This document shows positions 41,597 through 52,158 of a DNA stretch of 64,000 nt, piece after piece. The translations under genes were made by a program, and so were the position numbers. Origin of the DNA: Thermoanaerobaculia bacterium (GTDB lineage Bacteria; Acidobacteriota; Thermoanaerobaculia; Multivoradales; Multivoraceae); NCBI GenBank assembly GCA_963666565.1, contig OY762911.1, positions 3,008,001-3,072,000 on the forward strand. The letters run 5' to 3'. Position 1 is the stretch's first letter, and each line of letters opens with the position of its first letter. The notes under the pieces were generated by a model. That model was given only the letters and a program-made list of their open reading frames with translations. It was not told where the DNA came from and did no database searches.

Positions 41597-42011
41597 CTGG
41601 GATGTAGGCCTGGTCATCCAGGTCGCCGTCGTTCCCGGGAATCTCGACGTCGCGACGCCGCCTGATGAGGTTCATCTCTGCCCGGCGCTGGTGGACACGG
41701 GCGCCAGTTCGACGTGCATCTCCCGCGCCGTGGCGGAGGCGCTCGGTCTGCAAGCGATCAGCATGACAGAGATGCTCACCGCCGGAGGCGCCGTGGCGAC
41801 GAACGTCTACAGCGTTCACATCGGTCTCGTTGGCCCTACCGCGACGAGCCCGGACGGCACGGTGAGCACGGATCTGCAGATGCTCGCGGGCCTTCAGACA
41901 CCCGAATTCGATCCGGGCTCGGCCAGCTATCGGGTGCTGTTGGGACGCGACGTTCTCCGGCGCGGTGTACTGAACATGGCCTTCGACGGCCACTTTGCGT
42001 TCGCGGTCTGA
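41571..42011 (+). CDS. Retropepsin-like (clan AA) aspartyl protease
   Basis: ALVDTGASSTCI catalytic motif and LLGRDVL C-terminal motif. Confidence 0.8.
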   Translation: MSAYSGRFDWDVGLVIQVAVVPGNLDVATPPDEVHLCPALVDTGASSTCISRAVAEALGLQAISMTEMLTAGGAVATNVYSVHIGLVGPTATSPDGTVSTDLQMLAGLQTPEFDPGSASYRVLLGRDVLRRGVLNMAFDGHFAFAV

Positions 42012-42038
42012 CGGGCGGACGGGTCAATCCGAGGCTCC

Positions 42039-43208
42039 TTGAAGATCTCCCTCTTCTACCTGCCCTCGATCGGCTCGCGGGCCGAGATCAAGCGGGGCAT
42101 GGCCGGCCTGCGCGGCGATCTCTACGACCGGATGCTGGCCGAGGTCTCGGAGCAGGCCCGGCTCGCCGACGACCTCGGCTACGACTCGATCAGCTTCACC
42201 GAGCACCACTTCCACATCGAGGGCTTCGAACTCTCGAACAACCCGGTGCTGCTCGACCTCTTCGTCGGCATGCAGACGAAGAACATCAGGGTGGGGCAGT
42301 TGGGCATCGTGCTGCCGGCACGGAACCCGATCCGCGTGGCCGAGGACATCGCGATGCTCGACCGGATGACCGGTGGCCGCGCGAACGCCGGTTTCGCCCG
42401 CGGTTACCAGCGGCGCTGGGTCGATGTGATGGCCCAGCAGACGCACGGCATCTCCGGCGCGCTGCCGCACCGGCACGACGAGATCGACGCGACGAACCGT
42501 GCCGCCTTCGAGGAGTGCTTCCGCATCGTCAAGAAGGCGTGGACCGAGGAGATGCTCGACTACGACGGCCGGTTCTGGAAGGTCCCGGTCGGCGGTTCTG
42601 AGGGCGGCACGCCGTGGACGCTCGAGGCGACGGAGCAGTGGGGCACCGGCGTGGAGGAAGGCGTGCTGCGGCAGGTCGGCGTCGTGCCCAAGCCGGTGCA
42701 GAAGCCGCACCCGCCGATCTTCCAGCCCTTCGCGTCTTCGGAAGAGAGCATTCGCTGGTGCGCGCGGGAGGGCGTGACGGCGATTCTGCCGCCACTGCAT
42801 CCGAAGCGGGAACGGGTGTTGTTCGAGCTGTTCGCGGAGGAGTCCGGACGACCGCTCGGCGAGGGGATCGGGGTGCTCCGCGACGTCGTGATCGCCGACA
42901 CGGATAGCGAGGCGGAGCGCCTTTGGAAGGCGAGCGGCGCCTTCTGCGGCGCCGCGTGGTTCGAGCCGTTCGGCTTCAGCCGCGGCATGGCGGACCCGGA
43001 CACGGGCGAGGGGTTCGACGACATGATGGGCGCCGGCATGGCGCTGGTCGGCAGCGTCGATACGGTGATCCGCCAGCTTGAGACGCTCCGCGAGCGTTTG
43101 CCGGTGACCTGGCTCTACTTCTGGGCCTACAACGGCTTGCTGCCGCACGCGCGGCTGATGTCGACGATCGAACGCTTCAGGACAGAGGTGCTGCCGCGCT
43201 TCGGATAG
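42039..43208 (+). CDS. LLM-class flavin-dependent oxidoreductase
   Basis: FTEHHF, NPIRVAEDIAMLD, GFARGYQ, PKPVQKPHPP, GSVDTV. Confidence 0.88.
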   Translation: MKISLFYLPSIGSRAEIKRGMAGLRGDLYDRMLAEVSEQARLADDLGYDSISFTEHHFHIEGFELSNNPVLLDLFVGMQTKNIRVGQLGIVLPARNPIRVAEDIAMLDRMTGGRANAGFARGYQRRWVDVMAQQTHGISGALPHRHDEIDATNRAAFEECFRIVKKAWTEEMLDYDGRFWKVPVGGSEGGTPWTLEATEQWGTGVEEGVLRQVGVVPKPVQKPHPPIFQPFASSEESIRWCAREGVTAILPPLHPKRERVLFELFAEESGRPLGEGIGVLRDVVIADTDSEAERLWKASGAFCGAAWFEPFGFSRGMADPDTGEGFDDMMGAGMALVGSVDTVIRQLETLRERLPVTWLYFWAYNGLLPHARLMSTIERFRTEVLPRFG

Positions 43209-43316
43209 ACGCTTTTCCGACCCGAGACGTAACAGAGGGTACGTGCCCCTCCGAGTGATAGCGTCGTGGCCCCTGATTGGAGATGAACGAGTGAGCGTAG
43301 ACAAGAGGATCCGGCG

Positions 43317-43574
43317 ATGAGCGCCGCCACGGACACGCTGCGTACTGCCGAGACCCTGCGGGAGGCCGGAGTACCTGACCGTCAGGCAAGCGCCCACGCC
43401 CGGGCGACGGACGAGGCAGTTGACGAAGCCACGGAGGGGTTGGCGACTCGCGCTGACGTCGCGGCTCTGCGAGCCGACATGTCTGGTCTGCGAGCCGATA
43501 TGTACCGTGCCATGCTGATACAGACCGGAGTCATCATCGGTGCGGTGGTCGGCCTGCTGAGGTTGATTCCCTGA
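43317..43574 (+). CDS. Small DUF1640/CCDC90-like coiled-coil protein with C-terminal TM helix
   Basis: DTLRTAETLREAGVPDRQA...LATRADV...LRADM repeat, TM segment TGVIIGAVVGLL. Confidence 0.7.
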   Translation: MSAATDTLRTAETLREAGVPDRQASAHARATDEAVDEATEGLATRADVAALRADMSGLRADMYRAMLIQTGVIIGAVVGLLRLIP

Positions 43575-43597
43575 GCCTGCCGCATCCGAAGGAGCCC

Positions 43598-43711
43598 GTC
43601 GGCGACCTTGTTACGCGAGTTCAGATGCGTACCGTCCTCTACCGCGCCCTGCTGCTCCAGACAGCCGTCGTTGTCGGCGCGGTGGTCAGCTTGGTGAGGC
43701 TGATTCCCTGA
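43598..43711 (+). pseudogene. Duplicated 3' fragment of the upstream DUF1640-like gene (contains a 28-aa mini ORF at 43625-43711)
   Basis: MRTVLYRALLLQTAVVVGAVVSLVRLIP* aligns with LRADMYRAMLIQTGVIIGAVVGLLRLIP*. Direct repeat gagg(t/c)tgattccctgagcctgccg at 43559 and 43696. Confidence 0.6.
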
Positions 43712-43744
43712 GCCTGCCGGAGCCCTGAGAGGACCTGCGGCTCG

Positions 43745-46288
<2,544 letters not shown>

Positions 46289-46308
46289 GGTTGGTCTCCC
46301 GGAGCGGT

Positions 46309-46704
46309 TCAGTTGACGTCGCCGGCGCCGGAGCCCCGGTCGTCGTCGTCCCGGTCGTCGTCGCCCTTGCCGTCGCCCGTGTCCGGCTCGATCGTGCAGA
46401 GCAGCGGCACCTCGGCCTGCTGGGCGAGGCTGCCCACCTCGGCCACCTTCGTCTCGGCGATGGAGAAGGGATAGAGCCCGACCACGCCGACGCCGTTCTT
46501 GTGGACGTAGAGCATGAGCCGCGAAGCGTCCGACTCCGTCATGTGGAACACGTGCTGCAGCACCAGGACGACGAACTCCCGCGGCGTGAAGTCGTCGTTG
46601 TGGAGCAGCACCTTGTACAACCGCGGCCGCGCCAGGCGCTTGCGCGTCTTCGTCCTCGTGAGGACCTTGCTGTCCCCCTGCCGGTCGTCCTCGAAGTGCG
46701 GCAT
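46309..46704 (-). CDS. clpS: Clp protease adaptor
   Basis: PRLYKVLLHNDDFTPREFVV...MLYVHKNG...AETK...PLLCTIE. Confidence 0.95.
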   Translation of the reverse strand: MPHFEDDRQGDSKVLTRTKTRKRLARPRLYKVLLHNDDFTPREFVVLVLQHVFHMTESDASRLMLYVHKNGVGVVGLYPFSIAETKVAEVGSLAQQAEVPLLCTIEPDTGDGKGDDDRDDDDRGSGAGDVN

Positions 46705-46714
46705 GGCTTGCCCG

Positions 46715-46720
46715 ATTATA
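46715..46720 (-). promoter_or_regulatory. Consensus -10 box TATAAT 10 nt upstream of the clpS ATG
   Basis: The + strand reads attata at 46715-46720. There is no SD between the box and the start codon. Confidence 0.6.
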
Positions 46721-46754
46721 GGTCGGCGACCGCGAAGCAGCCGAGTTACACGCG

Positions 46755-47951
46755 TCAGCCCAACCGGGTTCGCTGCTGACGCCACGCTTCGATGCCCTGA
46801 AGGTGGCGGGCCGCGTCGCGTTCCAGGGCGGCGCCGAGCAGCGAGTTCAGCTTCTCGTCCATGAACAGGTGGGAGCTGTAGACGGGGGCGGGCTCGAAGC
46901 CGCGGCTGATCTTGTGCTCTCCGCCGGCGCCGCCTTCGAAGACCTGGACGCCCCGGGCGATGCACTCGTCGATGGAGTGGTAGAGGCAGACGTTGAAGTG
47001 GAGGAACCTGTGCTCCTCGTGGCAGCCCCAATAGCGGCCGTAGAGGTGGGTGTCGGAGCGGAGGTTGATCGCGCCGGCGACGACGCGGCCCTCGCGCTCG
47101 GCGATCACGAGTTCGACCGCGTCGCTCAGCTTGCCGAAGAGGTCGGAGAACAGCTCACGGTTCAGGTAGCGGCCGCCCCACATGTACTTGTCGCAGGTGG
47201 TGCAGTAGAGGCGAAACGCGGTCTCGGCCCAGCGCTCGGGATCGGCGGCGACTTCCTCGCCCCGCACGGTGCGGATGGCGATGCCTTGCCGGGCGGGTTC
47301 GCGGCGCTCGCGGCGGCACTGGGTACGGCGCTTGGAGCGGAGCTTCGCCAGCCAGTCCTCGGGCGTGCGGTAGTCGTAGTTGTGCCAGTGGTACTGGACC
47401 ATGACCCGCTGCGCCAGCCCGGCGCCGGCGAGGGCCTCGGCCTCTTCGGCGCCGTGGTAGAGCACATGGACCGAGGCGATGCCGACCTCGCGGGCGGTGT
47501 GGGCGGCGAGCTGCACCAGCATCCGGGCGGCGAGCGCCGGGTCGAGGTCCGGCTCGGCCAGGATGCGACGGCCGGTGACCGGCGAGAACGGCACGCCGAC
47601 GACGAGCTTCGGGTAGAAGCGGCCGCCCGCCGCCCTCACCGCGTCGCCGAAAGCCCAGTCGCGGGAGAAGTCGCCCATGCCGTCGTTCTTGATGTAGGCG
47701 GGCGCGGCCGCCAGCAGGGCGCCGCCCGGCGCCCAGGCGGTCAGGTGAAAGGGCAGCCAGCCGCGGTCGGGGGCGACGCAGCCGGTCCGTTCGAGCGCTT
47801 CGAGGAAAGTCCAGGAGAGGAAGGGACGGTCGCCGGGGCGGAGCAGGCGGTCCCAGGCTGGCTGGGGAATGTCCGCGAGGGACTGGACGATGCGGAGTTC
47901 GACCTGCTGCTGCTCGGTTTGGGCGCCTGTCCGGGCTGCGGCGTCGTCCAT
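46755..47951 (-). CDS. GNAT/FemAB-like protein (DUF482 family)
   Basis: PFLSWTFLEALE, YPKLVVGVPFSPVTG, QYHW, LYGRYWG, LHFNVCLY, FEGGAGGEHKISRGF. Confidence 0.85.
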   Translation of the reverse strand: MDDAAARTGAQTEQQQVELRIVQSLADIPQPAWDRLLRPGDRPFLSWTFLEALERTGCVAPDRGWLPFHLTAWAPGGALLAAAPAYIKNDGMGDFSRDWAFGDAVRAAGGRFYPKLVVGVPFSPVTGRRILAEPDLDPALAARMLVQLAAHTAREVGIASVHVLYHGAEEAEALAGAGLAQRVMVQYHWHNYDYRTPEDWLAKLRSKRRTQCRRERREPARQGIAIRTVRGEEVAADPERWAETAFRLYCTTCDKYMWGGRYLNRELFSDLFGKLSDAVELVIAEREGRVVAGAINLRSDTHLYGRYWGCHEEHRFLHFNVCLYHSIDECIARGVQVFEGGAGGEHKISRGFEPAPVYSSHLFMDEKLNSLLGAALERDAARHLQGIEAWRQQRTRLG

Positions 47952-48067
47952 TGGACGAGTCTTGCACGGCAGTGACGGAGGGGCGCCGGCCTCGGCTGAG
48001 TGCGGTCGCCGGCCTTGGTCGGCGGCCCTTTCGCCCGGGCTGCGCCGGTCCCCGGCGCCGCCCGTGT

Positions 48068-48093
48068 GCGGGTCGGAAGACCCGCGCACCCAG
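48068..48093. repeat. REP-like family 1, single copy after the ggt stop
   Basis: gcgggtcggaagacccgcgcacccag. Confidence 0.85.
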
Positions 48094-48100
48094 CGGGCGG

Positions 48101-49843
48101 TCAGTAGCCCAGGGCGGCTCCGTCCTTGCGGGGGTCGGAGGCGCCGTAGAGGGTCCCACGGCGGTCGACCCTGATTGCCTGGGCGCCGCCGAACTCGGCG
48201 CCCCCGGCGATTCGCACCTCGTGGCCGAGGGCCGCGAGTTCCTCGACGGTGCGCGGCTCCAACCCGCGCTCGCACAGGAGCTCAAGGCCCGCCGTGTGCC
48301 GCCAGCGGGGCCGGTCGACCGCGGCCTGCAGGCCGAGTCCGTGGTCGTAGCGGCCGGTCAGGAGCTGCACGTGTCCCTGGGGCTGGAACGGTCCGCCCAT
48401 CACGCCGTAGCAGAGTTCGAGCCGGCCCCGGTCCAGGACCATGCCGGGGATGATCGTGTGGAAGGGCCGCTTGCCGGGCCGGTACTCGTTCGGATGACCC
48501 GCTTCGAGGGTGAAGCCGGCGCCCCGGCAGTGGAGCATGATGCCGGTGCCGCCGCCGGCGATGGCGGCGCCGAACGGCGCGAACAGGGAGTTGATGAAGG
48601 AAGCGGCGTTGCCGTCGCCGTCTACGACGGCCAGGTAGACCGTGTCGTCGCCGGCCCGTCCGCCGCCGCCGGGCCGGCCGCCGCCTGTCGTGTCGTCGCC
48701 AGCCGGGCCGCCGTCGGGCCTGCCGCCGCCCGTCGCGATGTCGCCGGGCCGGATGCCGCCGGCCGGCGGACCGTCGGCCGGCCGACGCGGGTCGATCAGC
48801 CGGCTGCATTCGCGCGCGTAGGCCTTGTCGAGCAGTTCGGCCAGCGGGACGCCTCCGCCGCTTCGCAGCGGTTCGGCCTCCGGGTCGCCGACATGGGCGT
48901 GCAGGTCGGCGTAGGCCAGCTTCTTCGCCTCGACCAGCAGGTGGGTGTGCTCGGCGCCGGCCGGGTTCATCGAGGCGAGGTCGAAGTTCTCAAGCAGGTT
49001 CAGCATCAGCAGAACGCCGAGTCCCTGGCCGTTGGGCGGCAACTGGAGGACCTCCCGGCCGCGGTACATCGTGCCGATCGGATCGACCCACGTCGATTCG
49101 TGCCGCCGGAGGTCCTCAAGATCGAGAAAGCCCCCGGTCTCGCGGGAGTAGCGGACGATCTCTTCCGCGATCGGACCCTCGTAGAAGGCGTCCCGGCCGT
49201 CTTCCGCGATCCGCCGCAGCGACCGCGCCAGCGCAGGCGCCCGGAACACCTCGCCGAGTTCGGGCGCCCGTCCTCCCACCAGCCAATGCTCCGCCGCCGC
49301 GCCGTCGCGGCGTAGCCGCGCGGCACACGCCGTCCACATCGACTGCACCCGCTCGCTGACGGGAAAGCCCGTTTCCGCGGTTTCGATGGCCGGACCGAGC
49401 AGGTCGGCGAACCGCAAGCGGCCGAAGCGCGAATGCGCCGTCTGCCAGAGATCGACCGCGCCGGGGACGGTCACCGCCGGCCACGAATCTGGGGCGATCG
49501 CGGCGCCCGAAAGGTCCTCCCGCGCCAGGGCCAGCGGCGAGCGGCCGCTGCCGTTGAGGCCGAGCAACTCGCCGCGGCCGCCGTCGGGATCGGCCAGGTG
49601 GTAAAGCAGAAAGGCGTCGCCGCCGATGCCCGTCATCATCGGCTCGACCACAGCCAGCATCGCCGCCGCCGCCACGGCGCCGTCGATCGCCGAGCCGCCG
49701 GCCCGCAGCATGTCGAGCCCGGCCAGGGTAGCCGCCGGATGCGACGTTGCGACCATGCCTCGGCGCGCCATCACGACGCTGCGTCCCGTGCGATGGGGAC
49801 TAGCCAGCCGGGGTCGGGCGGAGGCGCTAGCGGAAGACGTCAA
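48101..49843 (-). CDS. ggt: Gamma-glutamyltransferase family Ntn-hydrolase (start uncertain)
   Basis: GGSAIDGA, GIGGDAF, TVPG, PPNGQG, DTVYL (Thr nucleophile), KRPFHTIIP, GVMGG, SDPRKDG. Confidence 0.9.
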   Translation of the reverse strand: MTSSASASARPRLASPHRTGRSVVMARRGMVATSHPAATLAGLDMLRAGGSAIDGAVAAAAMLAVVEPMMTGIGGDAFLLYHLADPDGGRGELLGLNGSGRSPLALAREDLSGAAIAPDSWPAVTVPGAVDLWQTAHSRFGRLRFADLLGPAIETAETGFPVSERVQSMWTACAARLRRDGAAAEHWLVGGRAPELGEVFRAPALARSLRRIAEDGRDAFYEGPIAEEIVRYSRETGGFLDLEDLRRHESTWVDPIGTMYRGREVLQLPPNGQGLGVLLMLNLLENFDLASMNPAGAEHTHLLVEAKKLAYADLHAHVGDPEAEPLRSGGGVPLAELLDKAYARECSRLIDPRRPADGPPAGGIRPGDIATGGGRPDGGPAGDDTTGGGRPGGGGRAGDDTVYLAVVDGDGNAASFINSLFAPFGAAIAGGGTGIMLHCRGAGFTLEAGHPNEYRPGKRPFHTIIPGMVLDRGRLELCYGVMGGPFQPQGHVQLLTGRYDHGLGLQAAVDRPRWRHTAGLELLCERGLEPRTVEELAALGHEVRIAGGAEFGGAQAIRVDRRGTLYGASDPRKDGAALGY

Positions 49844-52046
49844 AGGTGCGGTTGAACTTGATGGCCAGGCTCCGGTCCGGCGTGTCCAGGCCGAGTACGC
49901 CGAACTCCGAGATCTCGTTGTAAACGACGAACAGCCCCCGGTTCGCCTCGTTCAGCCAACTGAAGCGGAGGTTCGTGTTCACGCTGTGGGTCAGGTCGTT
50001 GTACTGGATCAGCGCCTGGAGGAGCAGGCTGGTGCTGAAGGCGTAGGTGACGCGGAGACTGCCGAGGTGGGTCTTGAAAGCGCCCATCGGGAGGTCGATG
50101 TCGTTGTAGGACCAGCTCAGCTCGGACGTCAGATAGTCGCCGAGGCGGATGCTCAGCCAGGGATCCAGGACGAGCTGGTCGCCGCCGAAGAAACCCCCGC
50201 CCTGGACTCTGACGAAGAGGCTCACGGCGCGTCCCCGGTTGGTGTTGCCGAACAGGAAGAAACCGTGGTCGTCGTACTCCCCGGCCGGCACGTTCACGAG
50301 GCCGGCGAGCGTGAAGGGTTCGAGCAGTCCCTCGTAGCGGCCGCCGGCGGAGAGGCTGATCTGCGCGCCGCTCCGGAACTCGACTTCGCCGCCGACGGAG
50401 TAGCGCTGCGTCTCCTGGTAACCGTCGAAGTTCCAGAAGCCGTCGTAGAAGACGCGCGGACCGAACTCCTTGACGCGGCCCTCGCCGGCCGGGCGGAAGC
50501 GGCGCCGGATGTAGCCGTTGAACTGGCGGTAGCCGGAGCGGCTGAGGAAACCGACCTCGGGGTTGAAGTCCTCGCCGATCTCGGCATAGCCGAGACGCCA
50601 GCGCCAGAACGGGGAGCTGTAACCGCCGTCGATCCCGAAACCGTGGTCCCGGCCGGTCAGGCCGGGGGTTTCCGTCCGGGCCGCCCAGCCCGACACGTCC
50701 GTGAACTGCCCGATTCCGATCTGGCCGTCGACGGCGAAGGTCCGGTTGTAGTCGCCGTCCGGCGCCAGCGAGCCGGTGCCCTCGCGGTTGACGACCAGCA
50801 CGCCGGCCCGGCTCCGGTTGCGGTACTCGCGGCCGAGCCGCGCGACCGTGAAGTTGTTGCCGTGGAGATCCCTCAGGTCGTCGGTCTGCATGTTCAGGAA
50901 GCCGACGTTGAATCCACCGGCCCTGCCGGACAGGCGGGCGCCGCCGAGGATCGGCACGGGCACACCCTGGCTCAGGCCGATCCGTCGGCTGAAGAAGAGC
51001 TCGGTGCCGCCCCGGAACGAGGACCGGCCGCCGACGCGGAAGAGCCCGGAGTTCTCCAGGAAGAACGGTCGCTTCTCGGGGAAGAACAGGCTGAAGCGGT
51101 CCAGGTTGATCTGCTGATCGTCCGCTTCCACCTGGGCGAAGTCGGTGTTGACGGTCACGTCGAGCGTCAGGCTCGGGGTGACGCCGTACTTCAGGTCCAT
51201 GCCGATTTCGCTGTCGTCGACGCTGCCGTCCACGTTCTCGCGCCCCGTGCTCAGGACGTAGGGAGTCAACTGCAGGTTGCGCTGGCGCGGCGGTTCCACG
51301 CCGACCAGGTGCCCGGCTTCCGACACCCGGAACAGGTCGTGCTGGCGGCCGAGGTGGGCCCAGAACGCGGTCTCGTTCTTGCGCCGGATGTTGCGTTCGA
51401 AGTTCAGGCCCCAGACCGCGCGGCCCGATCCGTACCGGAGACTGCGGAAGGGAATCGCCATCTCCGCGCTCCAGCCGAAGTCGCCGCTCGACGTCCGGAC
51501 GGTCCAGGCGGTGTCCCAGTCCAGATTGGCGCCGCCGGACCTGGAACTGCGGGAGGAACTCCCGCCGCCGCCGCGGCCCTGGTTGGTGAACTGGCCGTCG
51601 TACTGGATGCCCGCGATGTTCGTCCCGAAGACGAAGCCGTTCTGCCGGTCGCCGAACGTGTCGAGAACGACCCGGAAGCTGTCCTCGTTCTGGAGCATGG
51701 CGTCGCGACGGCTGTCGGAGATCGCCAGGGAGGAAGCGTCACGGTCGAAGCAGATGACCGCGAGGTAGAGGTTGGACTCGTCGAAGGCGATCCGCACTTC
51801 GGTCCGTTCGCTCGCCGCTTCGCCTTCGAACGGTTCCACCTGTTGGAAGCCGGTTCCGAAGTCGACGTCCAGCCAGAGATCCTCGCCGAGCACGTCGCCG
51901 TCGATCACCGGCGCCTGGGCCAGGCGCGCCGCCTGGAGTCGCGGACGATCGCTCCGCATCTCGACCTGTGCCGCGGCGATGCCGTCGCTGGCCGCAACGA
52001 GCGCGATCAGCGCCAGAGCGCCGGCCGGAAGCGAGATTCCAGGCAT
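49827..52046 (-). CDS. DUF5916 / CBM9-like domain outer-membrane protein (alternative start at 52133)
   Basis: Signal peptide, IDG..., GWSAEMAIPFRSLRY, NTDFAQVEAD, FFPEKRPFFLE, LFFSRRIG, beta-strand-rich C-terminus. Confidence 0.85.
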   Translation of the reverse strand: MPGISLPAGALALIALVAASDGIAAAQVEMRSDRPRLQAARLAQAPVIDGDVLGEDLWLDVDFGTGFQQVEPFEGEAASERTEVRIAFDESNLYLAVICFDRDASSLAISDSRRDAMLQNEDSFRVVLDTFGDRQNGFVFGTNIAGIQYDGQFTNQGRGGGGSSSRSSRSGGANLDWDTAWTVRTSSGDFGWSAEMAIPFRSLRYGSGRAVWGLNFERNIRRKNETAFWAHLGRQHDLFRVSEAGHLVGVEPPRQRNLQLTPYVLSTGRENVDGSVDDSEIGMDLKYGVTPSLTLDVTVNTDFAQVEADDQQINLDRFSLFFPEKRPFFLENSGLFRVGGRSSFRGGTELFFSRRIGLSQGVPVPILGGARLSGRAGGFNVGFLNMQTDDLRDLHGNNFTVARLGREYRNRSRAGVLVVNREGTGSLAPDGDYNRTFAVDGQIGIGQFTDVSGWAARTETPGLTGRDHGFGIDGGYSSPFWRWRLGYAEIGEDFNPEVGFLSRSGYRQFNGYIRRRFRPAGEGRVKEFGPRVFYDGFWNFDGYQETQRYSVGGEVEFRSGAQISLSAGGRYEGLLEPFTLAGLVNVPAGEYDDHGFFLFGNTNRGRAVSLFVRVQGGGFFGGDQLVLDPWLSIRLGDYLTSELSWSYNDIDLPMGAFKTHLGSLRVTYAFSTSLLLQALIQYNDLTHSVNTNLRFSWLNEANRGLFVVYNEISEFGVLGLDTPDRSLAIKFNRTFDVFR

Positions 52047-52158
52047 CGGCGGGCCAGGAGCTTGCGTCGCGGAACGCAGCGAAGAAGGGCCGCGGCGCGA
52101 GGTCGCAGTGAGGTGGGAGCTGGGGCCAGACACGGAGTCAGCGAGGGGTTCGGCGGCC

